Assembly: GCA_965261735.1 (NCBI GenBank)
Contig: OZ253470.1
Location: 2,720,001 to 2,784,000, forward strand
Length of the DNA stretch: 64,000 nt
Reading direction: 5' to 3'
From: Alphaproteobacteria bacterium
GTDB lineage: Bacteria; Pseudomonadota; Alphaproteobacteria; SHVV01
Of the stretch, positions 11,236-20,496 are shown piece after piece. The notes under the pieces were generated by a model, which worked only from the letters and a program-made list of their open reading frames with translations, made no database searches and was not told where the DNA came from. Position 1 is the first letter of the stretch. Each line of letters begins with the position of its first letter. The position numbers and the translations under genes were made by a program.

Positions 11236-11456
11236 GGGTCGTCTCCCTCTGGGTCTGATCGGTCACGAAAACACGCCTATGCTCTCGCTCGCCGGTGAGG
11301 CGGTCGACGACCATTTATCAAGGAGGGAGAAACGCGGATCAGGGCTTGTGCCGGCAAGCCGAGCCGCAAGGTCCGCTTCAACTTGCTTGGTGTAGGGAGA
11401 TCACTGCGAACACCCGGCAGGCAAGACACCCCGCCGCGGAACGCGGCTCAGTTCTA

Positions 11457-11488
11457 TTCTTGTTATGCAGAGCTCTGCATAACAAGAA
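11457..11488. repeat. Perfect 32-bp palindrome TTCTTGTTATGCAGAGCTCTGCATAACAAGAA
   Basis: Sequence equals its own reverse complement over 32 nt. Confidence 0.95.
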
Positions 11489-11612
11489 GGACGGGGATGC
11501 CGATCTTGCGCGCCTTGTCGATCAAATTGTTTGTGATGCCGGAGCCGGGAAAGGCGACGAGACCCTTCGGCAGGAAGTTCAGCAGGACGTCGTTGCGCCG
11601 GAAGGGCGCGGC
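11489..11612 (-). pseudogene. C-terminal fragment of a DUF2493/SLOG (YspA-like) protein
   Basis: Minus-strand translation AAPFRRNDVLLNFLPKGLVAFPGSGITNNLIDKARKIGIPV resembles the family C-terminus (recognised by eye). Confidence 0.6.
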
Positions 11613-11745
11613 CTCATACGCATGCCGTGCCGCCGGCGAAGAACCCGGCGGGATGCGCGCCGAATTCGCGGCGATGGCACACGCGCCAGGGACGATGGAA
11701 CCGATGGAACCGGCGGTGCCGTCGTTCGGCCCGGGCTCGGGTATC

Positions 11746-11779
11746 TTGAAATTCGGACGTTACCGGCCTAGAGTCCGAA
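11746..11779 (+). promoter_or_regulatory. Putative sigma70 promoter with overlapping inverted-repeat operator
   Basis: TTGAAA (11746-11751), 17 bp, TAGAGT (11769-11774); IR TTCGGAC (11752-11758)/GTCCGAA (11773-11779); ATG 7 nt after the -10. Confidence 0.55.
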
Positions 11780-11781
11780 CC

Positions 11782-11979
11782 ATGCTCAAGGATCGGGACA
11801 TAGTGACGCGCGTGAAGCCTGTTCGGCGGGCTGCGTGGCGTGACCGGGTCAAGGCCGACCTGGCTGCCCAGGTCGAGGCCGGGGGCACACTGTACGGTTA
11901 CCGCAAGGACGGGGCCTACATTGCCCGGACCAGGGACGGAGACCGGATCGTCACGCCGGGTGTGCGCGAGAGAGCCTGA
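11782..11979 (+). CDS. Small hypothetical protein (65 aa), putative antitoxin or partner of the downstream ATPase
   Basis: ATG directly after the promoter; 23 bp upstream of the zeta-like gene; basic protein with a GYRKDG..RDG motif. Confidence 0.6.
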   Translation: MLKDRDIVTRVKPVRRAAWRDRVKADLAAQVEAGGTLYGYRKDGAYIARTRDGDRIVTPGVRERA

Positions 11980-12002
11980 TCCGGCCGCCAGCGCCCGCGG
12001 CC

Positions 12003-12581
12003 ATGCCGACGCTCCACATCGTGGCCGGTCCGAACGGTTCGGGAAAATCTACATTGACGCGGTCAAGGCGATTTGGCGGGGCCCATGTCATCGACCCCGA
12101 TGCGATCGCCCACCGAATCGCACCGGGCGATCTCGAAAGCGCGACACTGTCGGCCGGCCGCGAGGCAGCGCGGGAACGGCGCGTCATACTCGCCGGCCGG
12201 CGGACGCTGGTGGTGGAAACCACGTTGGCGGGCAAGTCGATGCTTCGCGTCATGGAGCAGGCGCAGGCCGCGGGCTACAGGGTGGAGTTGCATTACGTCT
12301 CTGTTAATTCCGTCGCCGAGGCGCTGGACAGAATTGCCAGCCGCGTTGTGCAGGGTGGCCATGATGTGCCGGAGGTGGATGTGAGGCGGCGCTTTGCCCG
12401 CTCACTGGCGAACCTCCCGGCGGCTATTGCGCGTTCCGATATTGCCAGGCTTTACGACAATGCCAGCACGGAAGAACCGCATCGCGAAGTTGCAATCCTA
12501 GCGCCCGGGTCGCGTTGGATTGCCGAGAATCCACCGGGTTGGTTAGATGCCGCGGTTTCTAGCACAGGATCGTCGAGTTAA
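12003..12581 (+). CDS. Zeta-toxin-like / COG4185 P-loop ATPase-kinase
   Basis: AGPNGSGKST Walker A, DPDAIA, ETTLAG, RV.QGGHDVPE..VRRRF.RSL.NL, LYDNAS. Confidence 0.85.
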   Translation: MPTLHIVAGPNGSGKSTLTRSRRFGGAHVIDPDAIAHRIAPGDLESATLSAGREAARERRVILAGRRTLVVETTLAGKSMLRVMEQAQAAGYRVELHYVSVNSVAEALDRIASRVVQGGHDVPEVDVRRRFARSLANLPAAIARSDIARLYDNASTEEPHREVAILAPGSRWIAENPPGWLDAAVSSTGSSS

Positions 12582-12599
12582 CGGAACGACCTGTCGCAG

Positions 12600-12720
12600 C
12601 GGTGGTGAGGATGATCACACCGCCCGCCAGGGTCAACTGTCGGGCTATCTCGCTCTTGGTTGTCGCGCCCTGAGCGTAGATCAACAGGTTGGTGTCGAGG
12701 AATAGCGAGCGCCTCTTTTC
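12600..12720 (-). pseudogene. PIN-domain (VapC-like) toxin N-terminal fragment
   Basis: FLDTNLLIYA..K.EIARQL...GGVI motif, then loss of homology. Confidence 0.6.
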
Positions 12721-12817
12721 CAGCCTGGCCGTACGCCGCCTAGCTCTCGACATTCAGCGCAGCGCGCGGATGTAACTTCAGCGTCTGGTTACAGCGAGGG
12801 AGGTATTCGATCTCCGG

Positions 12818-13219
12818 GTGCCGACGTCGTCGGGGCACGACACGCTTCGCCAGGGCGCGACGGTAACCTGTGAGATCGTGAAGGGTCGCAAGGGCCCGGA
12901 GGTCTCGCACATCCACGCAGTCGATGTTCCGACCGCCCAGGGAAGCGACACGGGGGACGGTCAGCCCGGACAGGGCTTCCCCCGGACCCGGAATGGCGCG
13001 ATCAGGAGATGGCCGCCGAGGTCCGGGGCGCGGTCAAGTTCTGCGATGCGGGCAAGGGCTTCGGCTGTCGTGCCCGACGGCGGCGGCCCGGAGGTGTTCG
13101 TCCATTTCAGCGCGCTCAGCAGGTCGGGCATCGACGAACTGCAACCCGGGCAGCGCGCCAGCGTTTGGGCGGAGAAGGCCGCGCGCGGCCTCGGGGCGAG
13201 GGAGCTCGAGCTGATCTGA
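12818..13219 (+). pseudogene. Tandem cold-shock domain protein, frameshifted and 5'-truncated
   Basis: GATVTCEIVKGRKGPEV; VRGAVKFCDAGKGFG (RNP1) and VVPDGGGPEVFVHFSAL (RNP2) lie in different frames. Confidence 0.75.
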
Positions 13220-13336
13220 GGATGGCAGCTACGAAGAGGCGAAGAACCACGCAATCAAGTCGGTTCTCGCCTACAAGCTCGAGCAGGCGATGAAAGCACA
13301 GAACCTGTCAAGGGCGCGCATGGCGGCGCGCATGGA
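13217..13336 (+). pseudogene. XRE/Fis-type HTH antitoxin fragment cut by IS256
   Basis: EDGSYEEAKNHAIKSVLAYKLEQAMKAQNLSRARMAARM. Confidence 0.55.
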
Positions 13337-14785
13337 GATCGTGTCCCGCGGAGTGGTGTAAGAGCGTTGCGCTCTACGCGGCTCCCGGCGGGTAGGGCCG
13401 GGACGTTCAGGCTGCCACGGTGGGCAGCGTGATGGGGACACCATCGCTCAGCGGAGCGATGGATTCCAGCGTCATGTATCTCCTTGAGACGGCCCACTCG
13501 TCGTTCTGCTCGAGAAGGATGGCGCCGACGAGCCGTGTGATGGCGGCTTCGTTGGGAAAGATACCGACGACGTTGGTGCGACGCTTGACCTCGGCATGGA
13601 GCCGTTCGATCGGGTTTGTGGAGTGCAATTTCTGGCGGTGCTCCCTGGGGAAGCTCATGTAGGCGAGGACGTCGTGCTCGGCTTCGTCCATGAGAACTGC
13701 CAGCTTGGGCACCTTGGGCCTGAGCTGGTCGGCGACCTGGCGCCACTGGACCTTCGCGCTGTCGGCGTCCTCCTGGGCGAAGGCGGTGGCGACGAAGGCG
13801 GAGACGACGCGCCGGCCCTGGCGGCCGGCATGGGCCAGCAGGTTGCGGGCGAAGTGCACGCGGCAGCGCTGCCATGTGGCGCCGAGGATCCGGGTCGCGG
13901 CGGCCTTCAGGCCCTTGTGGTCGTCGGAGATCACGAGCTTCACGCCGCGCAGCCCGCGCCGGGCCAGCGAGCGCAGGAACTCGGTCCAGAAGGTCTCGGC
14001 CTCCGACGCGCCGATCGCCACGCCCAGGACCTCGCGGCGGCCTTGGTCGTTGACGGCCACAGCCACGGTCACCGTGACCGAGACGATGCGTCCGGTCTGG
14101 CGCACCTTCACGTAGGTGGCGTCGAGCCACAGATAGGGCCAGTCGCCCTCCAGCGGTCGATCGAGGAAGCCGTTGACCTTATCGTCGATCTCGCCGCACA
14201 GCCTGGAGACCTGGCTCTTGGAGGCGCCCGACATCCCCATCGCCTGAACCAGATCGTCGACCGAGCGGGTCGACACCCCCTGGATGTAGGCCTCCTGGAT
14301 CACCGCAGCCAGCGCCTTCTCGGCCATCCGCCGCGGCTCCAGGAAGCCCGGGAAGTAGCTTCCCTTCCTCAGCTTCGGGATCTTCAGCTCGACCGTGCCG
14401 GCCCGCGTCTCCCAGGACCGGTCGCGGTAGCCGTTGCGATGGGTGATACGATCCGCCGAGCGCTCGCCGTGCCCGGCGCCGGTCAGGCCCTCAACCTCCA
14501 GTGCCATCAGCCGCTCGGCCGTGAAGCCGATCATCTCGCAAAGCAGATCGGCATCGGAGTTCTTCTCCAAAAGCGCGCGCAGGGTCATCATGTCCTGGGT
14601 CATCGTGGTTCTCCTTCGGGTCAGGTTGGTTTGCACTAGCCCAACCCTAAACCGGAACCGCGATGGCCTCCGCTGTGGATAGCCGGCTTGCCTACGCCAG
14701 ACTCTCGGCGGTCGCTACGGCAAGCCGCCTACCCACAGCTACCAGAGGCTCCAACAACTCCTACACCACGTCCTGGGACACGACC
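13337..14785 (-). mobile_element. IS256-family IS, copy 2 (1449 bp); transposase 13407-14636
   Basis: Near-identical to 6027-7475, inverted; no matching TSD. Confidence 0.95.
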
Positions 14786-14879
14786 GGTCGGAATACGCGG
14801 CGAGTGCCAGCAGGACGAGTTTGCGCAGGCCGCCGTATCGCTCGCTGTCCACGACGGCGCGCATGACGGGGATGCTCAT
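14786..14879 (-). pseudogene. N-terminus of a phage/satellite-type HTH replication protein, cut by IS256
   Basis: MSIPVMRAVVDSERYGGLRKLVLLALAAYSD resembles the MS..M..V...KLVLLALAD.AD pattern. Confidence 0.5.
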
Positions 14880-15010
14880 TATGGCGTCTCGCGCGCAGGG
14901 CCACGCGCATTGCCGGAAATCCCGTTAGATTCAGCACCGAAACTGTGCATTTGCACAGTTATTGCCGGTTTAAGCGATGTGGATGAAACCGCTAAGTGAT
15001 TGAAAAACAG

Positions 15011-15085
<75 letters not shown>

Positions 15086-15235
15086 GCTAAGTTTCGCGAA
15101 CCATGCCATGCGCGCCCGGCGCCGCGCAAGCCGTGCCCCGACCGATCCGGCGACGCCATGGCGCCCGGCGCTTGACGGCAACGGGCGCGCACGCGAGGGT
15201 GCGCCGGGTCAGGTTAGATGCCTCGGGAGTTGGCG

Positions 15236-15418
15236 ATGAAGGCGCGCGATGCGGGGGCGCCCGGGACGCGACGGGCTAATGCGGCGCAGCGCAAGGACCG
15301 CCTGGCGGCTGCGCTCCGCGAAAACCTCAAGCGGCGCAAGGCCCAAGGCCGCGCGCGCCAGGCCGCTGATGACGGCGGCTCAGCGGCTACGCCGGCCGGG
15401 CGCGCCCGGGCTTTCTAG
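15236..15418 (+). CDS. Small conserved hypothetical protein upstream of murA
   Basis: RLAAALRENLKRRKAQ.RAR motif typical of the alphaproteobacterial murA-upstream ORF. Confidence 0.7.
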   Translation: MKARDAGAPGTRRANAAQRKDRLAAALRENLKRRKAQGRARQAADDGGSAATPAGRARAF

Positions 15419-15509
15419 GGCACGCCGGATTTGCAACCCGTGTCGGATGGCTCTATGAGTGCGCGCGTCTGAACACGGCTGCGGCCGTGCCGGACGGAGC
15501 TGGAGTCCA

Positions 15510-16799
15510 ATGGACGCACTACGCATCACCGGGGGGGTGCCGCTCCGCGGCAGTATCGCAATCAGTGGCGCGAAAAACGCCGCACTGCCGCTCATGGCCG
15601 CGAGCCTGTTGACCGACGAGGGGCTGAACCTCGGCAACCTGCCCGATCTTGCCGACATCGACACGATGGCGCTGCTGCTGCGCCAGCTCGGCGTCGACAT
15701 TCGCGACAGCGGCGACCGGGGTACGCCGGCCGAGCCCGGCGGCCGGGCGATGGTGCTCGACGCCGCCGAGATCGCCAGCACGACCGCCCCCTACGACCTT
15801 GTCCGGCGTATGCGCGCCTCGGTGCTCGTCCTCGGCCCGCTCCTCGCCCGCTTCGGCCACGCCCGCGTGTCACTGCCGGGGGGCTGCGCGATCGGGCCGC
15901 GGCCGGTGGATCTGCACCTGCGCGGGCTGACCCGGCTCGGGGCCACGATCGATCTCGACAACGGATACATCGACGCCTCCGCGCCGAACGGCCTCACGGG
16001 AGCCGAGATCAGCTTCCCGGCCGTGTCCGTGGGCGCGACCGAGAACGTGCTGATGGCGGCCTGCCTCGCCGACGGCGAGACGGTGCTCGACAACGCGGCG
16101 CGCGAGCCCGAGATCGTCGACCTCGCCAACTGTCTCCTCGCCATGGGTGCCGACATCGAGGGCATCGGCACCGAACGGCTCACGGTGCGAGGTGCCAAGA
16201 GCCTGCACCACGCCGACTACAGCGTGCTGCCCGACCGCATCGAGACCGCGACCTATGCCATGGCCGCCGCCGCCACCGGCGGCGAGGTCGAGCTCGTCGG
16301 TGCGCGCGCGGACCTCATCGGCGCGGTCGTCGAGGTGCTCCATGAGGCTGGCGTCGTGCTCAAGCCGACCGAGCACGGGCTCATGGCCCTGCGCAACGGG
16401 GGTGCGATTACGGGTGTCGACACCACAACCCAGCCCTATCCGGGATTTCCGACAGACCTGCAGGCCCAACTCATGGCGCTGCTCGCGACCGCTGAGGGCG
16501 CCTCTACGGTGACCGAGACGATCTTCGAGAACCGATTCATGCACGTCCCCGAACTCAATCGGATGGGTGCGAACATCGCCGTCCATGGCGCCTTCGCCGT
16601 GGTCCGTGGCGTGCCGCGCCTCAGGGGTGCGCCGGTCATGGCGACCGATATCCGGGCCTCGGTGTCACTGGTGATCGCTGCTCTGGTGGCCGAGGGCCAG
16701 ACCACCATCAACCGCCTCTACCATCTCGATCGCGGTTACGAGAAGCTGGTCGAGAAGCTCGCCGGCTGCGGCGCTCGGATCGAGCGCTTCCGGGCATGA
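15510..16799 (+). CDS. murA: UDP-N-acetylglucosamine 1-carboxyvinyltransferase
   Basis: [50 protein letters not shown]. Confidence 0.97.
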   Translation: MDALRITGGVPLRGSIAISGAKNAALPLMAASLLTDEGLNLGNLPDLADIDTMALLLRQLGVDIRDSGDRGTPAEPGGRAMVLDAAEIASTTAPYDLVRRMRASVLVLGPLLARFGHARVSLPGGCAIGPRPVDLHLRGLTRLGATIDLDNGYIDASAPNGLTGAEISFPAVSVGATENVLMAACLADGETVLDNAAREPEIVDLANCLLAMGADIEGIGTERLTVRGAKSLHHADYSVLPDRIETATYAMAAAATGGEVELVGARADLIGAVVEVLHEAGVVLKPTEHGLMALRNGGAITGVDTTTQPYPGFPTDLQAQLMALLATAEGASTVTETIFENRFMHVPELNRMGANIAVHGAFAVVRGVPRLRGAPVMATDIRASVSLVIAALVAEGQTTINRLYHLDRGYEKLVEKLAGCGARIERFRA

Positions 16800-17350
16800 G
16801 GGCAAACGATGCACGAGCGTCGGGTGGGGCCATGAGGCTGCGCTCAGCGGACGCCGATGACCTGCGGGTCCTCGCCGCTTGCCTCGAGGACGCCCTCGTC
16901 CCCTACGGGGCGATGAGCTACCTGCCGAGGCAGCGCCGGTTCGCCGCCGTCCTCAACCGCTTTTGCTGGGAGGCCGAGACGGAGGCCGATGCAACAGGCG
17001 ACGTGTACCAGCGGGTCAGATGCGGCGTACATTTCGACTCGGTGCTGGCCGTCAAGACCCAGGGGCTCGAGCGCGTGAGCAAGAACGAGGTTCTGTCGCT
17101 GCTCACGATTGCCTGCGATCCGGGCGAGGAGGGGGCGGCCACACTCACGCTGGTCTTCGGCGGCGCCGCCGCCATACGGCTCGAGGTCGAGTGCATCGAT
17201 GGCCACCTCGAGGACCTTGGTGAGCCCTGGCCGGCCAAGCACAAGCCGGGTCACTTCGACGACGAGCAGAGCCCGCGAACCAAGAACGCGCCGACAGCGG
17301 CGCCGGTCGCCGCGGGCGATGCGCCGGGCGAGAGCGGGAGCGAGTCGTGA
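16796..17350 (+). CDS. DUF2948 family protein
   Basis: [28 protein letters not shown]...LEDLGEPW; conserved position between murA and his genes. Confidence 0.8.
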   Translation: MRANDARASGGAMRLRSADADDLRVLAACLEDALVPYGAMSYLPRQRRFAAVLNRFCWEAETEADATGDVYQRVRCGVHFDSVLAVKTQGLERVSKNEVLSLLTIACDPGEEGAATLTLVFGGAAAIRLEVECIDGHLEDLGEPWPAKHKPGHFDDEQSPRTKNAPTAAPVAAGDAPGESGSES

Positions 17351-18009
17351 GTGCGAACGAGCCACTCGTCCTCGCGCTGCCCAAGGGGCGCATTCTCGAC
17401 GAGGCGCTTCCGGTGCTGCGGGCCGCCGGCGTCGAGCCGGAGCCAGAATTCGCCGATCCGGAATCGCGCCAGCTCAGATTCGCGACCAACGAGCCGCAGC
17501 TCGAGATCATCCGCGTGCGCAGCTTCGACGTCGCTACCTTCGTTGCCTTTGGTGCGGCCCAGCTCGGCGTCGCCGGCAACGACGTCCTGATGGAGTTCGA
17601 CTACGCCGAGATCTTCGCCCCGCTCGATCTCGGCGTCGGGCGGTGCCGCCTGTGCGTCGCCGAGCCCGCGGCCTTGATGGTGGACGACGATCCGGCGCGC
17701 TGGAGTCACGTTCGTGTGGCCACCAAATACCCCGAGATCACGCGCCGCCACTTCGCCGCCCGCGGCGTGCAGGCCGAGTGCATCAAGCTCAATGGCGCCG
17801 TTGAGCTTGCGCCGCGCCTCGGCCTGTGCCGGCGGATCGTCGACCTCGTCGACTCGGGAGCCACGCTGAGGGCGAACGGGCTCGTCGAGGTTGAGCACAT
17901 CGTGGATGTCTCCTCGCGACTGATCATCAATCGGCCGGCCGTGAAGACGCGGCCAACCGAACTCGGTGGCTGGGTCGATCGCTTGCGAAGAGTCGTCGAT
18001 GGCGCTTAG
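17347..18009 (+). CDS. hisG: ATP phosphoribosyltransferase (short form)
   Basis: [44 protein letters not shown]. Confidence 0.95.
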   Translation: MSANEPLVLALPKGRILDEALPVLRAAGVEPEPEFADPESRQLRFATNEPQLEIIRVRSFDVATFVAFGAAQLGVAGNDVLMEFDYAEIFAPLDLGVGRCRLCVAEPAALMVDDDPARWSHVRVATKYPEITRRHFAARGVQAECIKLNGAVELAPRLGLCRRIVDLVDSGATLRANGLVEVEHIVDVSSRLIINRPAVKTRPTELGGWVDRLRRVVDGA

Positions 18010-19297
18010 GCTCGACTCGGGCGCGTCAGATTTCGACGCCGCCTTCGGCGCGCTGGTCTCGAACCGGCGCGGTGCCCTCGATGCCGCCGCCGCGAGCGTT
18101 GAGCCGATCCTCGCGGACGTCGCCGCGCGTGGCGACGCGGCACTCATCGACTACAGCGCCAAGTTCGATCAGGTCACCCTGACTGCGGAGACATTGCGGA
18201 TCGCGCCCGACGAGATCGAGGCGGCCGCGCAACGGGCGCCTGCAGAGGCGGTCGCGGCGCTGCAGTTCGCGGCCGAGCGCATCATCGCCTATCACGAGCC
18301 GCAGCGCCCCGCCGATGGCATGGCCCGCGACACCGCCGGGGTCGAGCTCGGGGTCCGTTGGACGGCGCTGGCGACGGTCGGTATCTACGTGCCGGGGGGC
18401 AAGGCGGCCTACCCGAGCACCGTGCTCATGAACGCTCTGCCGGCGCGCGTGGCCGGCGTCGAGCGCATCGTGATGGCGGCCCCAGCGCCGCGCGGCGAGA
18501 TCAACCCGCTGGTGTTGGCGGCGGCGCGCATCGCCGGGATCGAGGAGGTCTACCGGATCGGCGGTGCCCAGGCCATCGCCGCCCTCGCCCATGGCACCGC
18601 GACCATTGCCGCGGTCGATAAGATCGTCGGCCCGGGCAATGTCTACGTCGCCGCGGCCAAGCGCCGGCTTTTCGGCCAGGTCGGGATCGATCTTATCGCC
18701 GGGCCCTCCGAAATCCTCGTCGTCGCCGACGGTGATAGCGACCCGGCCTGGATTGCCGCCGACCTGCTGTCACAGGCGGAGCATGACGAGGCGGCGCAGG
18801 CGATCCTCATCACCGACGATGCCGGGCTCGCCGAGCGCGTTGCCACGGAGGTCGAGCGGCTGCTCGCCGAGCTCCCTCGCGCCGACATCGCGCGCGCGAG
18901 CTGGGAGCGCCACGGCGCCATCATTCGTGTCGCGAGGCTCGCCGAGGCGCCGGCGCTGATCGACCGTATCGCGCCCGAGCACCTCGAGCTCGCCGTTGAC
19001 GACCCCGAGGCGCTGGCCGCCCAGGTGCGCCACGCCGGCGCCATTTTTCTCGGCCGCTACACGCCCGAGGCGATCGGCGACTACGTCGCCGGACCCAACC
19101 ACGTGCTGCCCACGGGCGGCAACGCGCGCTTCGCGTCGGGCCTGTCGGTCCTCGACTTCATCAAGCGCACCTCCCTGGTCCGCTGCGATTCCCGCGCCAT
19201 CGCCGCCGTCGGCCCGGCCGCCATGACCCTAGCCGGGGCCGAAGGCCTGCCCGCCCACGCGCGCGCGGTGGCCCTGCGCTTGGCCGCGTCGGATTGA
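17999..19297 (+). CDS. hisD: Histidinol dehydrogenase
   Basis: [49 protein letters not shown]. Confidence 0.97.
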   Translation: MALRLDSGASDFDAAFGALVSNRRGALDAAAASVEPILADVAARGDAALIDYSAKFDQVTLTAETLRIAPDEIEAAAQRAPAEAVAALQFAAERIIAYHEPQRPADGMARDTAGVELGVRWTALATVGIYVPGGKAAYPSTVLMNALPARVAGVERIVMAAPAPRGEINPLVLAAARIAGIEEVYRIGGAQAIAALAHGTATIAAVDKIVGPGNVYVAAAKRRLFGQVGIDLIAGPSEILVVADGDSDPAWIAADLLSQAEHDEAAQAILITDDAGLAERVATEVERLLAELPRADIARASWERHGAIIRVARLAEAPALIDRIAPEHLELAVDDPEALAAQVRHAGAIFLGRYTPEAIGDYVAGPNHVLPTGGNARFASGLSVLDFIKRTSLVRCDSRAIAAVGPAAMTLAGAEGLPAHARAVALRLAASD

Positions 19298-19386
19298 GGG
19301 GCCCGGCGCACGCCATCAATTACCTTGATTTTCGACCCCTCCGTGCGCATCTTGGATGCTCGGTCGAGCGAACGAATGGAGAACGT

Positions 19387-19605
19387 ATGGCGAAGGAACA
19401 ACTCCTCGAAATGCCCGGCACGGTGACGGAATTGCTGCCCAACGCCATGTTCCGAGTCGTGCTGGAGAACGAGCACGAGGTCTTGGCCCACACCGCGGGC
19501 AAGATGCGCAAGCACCGCATCCGCGTCCTCGCCGGGGACAAGGTCCTCGTCGAGCTGACGCCCTACGACCTCACCAAGGGCCGCATTACTTTCCGCTACA
19601 AGTAG
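19387..19605 (+). CDS. infA: Translation initiation factor IF-1
   Basis: [35 protein letters not shown]. Confidence 0.97.
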   Translation: MAKEQLLEMPGTVTELLPNAMFRVVLENEHEVLAHTAGKMRKHRIRVLAGDKVLVELTPYDLTKGRITFRYK

Positions 19606-19610
19606 GCCGT

Positions 19611-20219
19611 ATGGCCGAGCAGGCTGGCGCCGGCTCTAAGCCAGCCCCCAAGCTGGCTCTGGCATCGGCCTCGCCGCGCCGCCTCGAGCTACTGGGCCAA
19701 GCCGGCATCGTACCGGCTGCCGTCAGCCCCGCAGACATCGACGAGACACCGCGCCCCCGCGAGCATCCGCGCGCGTGCGCGCAGCGCCTGGCGCGCAGCA
19801 AGGCGCTTCAGGTCGCGGGTCGGCACCCGGGCGCCTTCGTGCTCGCCGCCGACACGGTCGTGGCATGCGGGCGCCGCGCCTTGCCCAAGGCGGCGAGCGA
19901 GGCCCAAGCCCGTGCCTGCTTGAAGCGCCTCTCGGGACGGCGCCACGACGTTCACACCGCCATCGCGGTGGTCGATCCGGACGGTGGCCTGCATGAGCGC
20001 GTGGTCACCACGGGGGTCGCCTTCAAGCGTTTGGATGCGCGCGAGGTGGCCTGCTACCTCGCCAGCGGTGAGTGGTCCGGCAAGGCCGGCGGCTACGCTA
20101 TTCAGGGTGCCGCCGCGGCCCTCGTCAAGGCGATCAACGGCTCCTACACCGGCGTCGTCGGCCTGCCCTTGACCGAGACGGTCGCGCTGCTGGCCGGTTG
20201 CGGCTACAGGTGGCCGTGA
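19611..20219 (+). CDS. maf: Maf family nucleotide pyrophosphatase
   Basis: LASASPRR, DIDETP, ADTVV, GKAGGYAIQG, GSYTGVVGLPL. Confidence 0.92.
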   Translation: MAEQAGAGSKPAPKLALASASPRRLELLGQAGIVPAAVSPADIDETPRPREHPRACAQRLARSKALQVAGRHPGAFVLAADTVVACGRRALPKAASEAQARACLKRLSGRRHDVHTAIAVVDPDGGLHERVVTTGVAFKRLDAREVACYLASGEWSGKAGGYAIQGAAAALVKAINGSYTGVVGLPLTETVALLAGCGYRWP

Positions 20220-20286
20220 GCCACGCGCCGTTCTCGCGGGCCGTGCGTCGTGATGGTAGGCTCGCGACGAGGTTGGCCCGAGAGCC

Positions 20287-20496
20287 ATGAGCAAGCGCGC
20301 ATCGTCATCGAGCTGTCCCATCTGCGGCGGCCCGCGCGCCGCCCGCTACCGCCCCTTCTGCAGCGGCCGTTGTGCCGATGCGGACCTCGGGCGCTGGCTC
20401 GGCGGCGCCTACGCGATCGCCGGCGAGCCGATGGGCGAGGAGAGCGACGAGAGCGCCGCACCGCGCGCCCCTGCACCCGACGACGATCCGCCATGA
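20287..20496 (+). CDS. yacG: DNA gyrase inhibitor YacG
   Basis: CPICG..PFCS.RC...DLGRWL zinc finger. Confidence 0.9.
   Translation: MSKRASSSSCPICGGPRAARYRPFCSGRCADADLGRWLGGAYAIAGEPMGEESDESAAPRAPAPDDDPP

Noticed and set aside
9205-11298. 697-aa ORF that looks like a large integrase
   Set aside because: Chance read-through of IS1595 antisense, IS66 antisense, an integrase fragment and antisense of a second recombinase.
12771-12793. TGTAAC-N11-GTTACA inverted repeat
   Set aside because: Only 6-bp arms and no intact gene next to it; could be chance.
6018-14794. Simple inversion between IS256 copies 1 and 2 to explain the missing TSDs
   Set aside because: Reverse-complemented inner flanks do not match the outer flanks.
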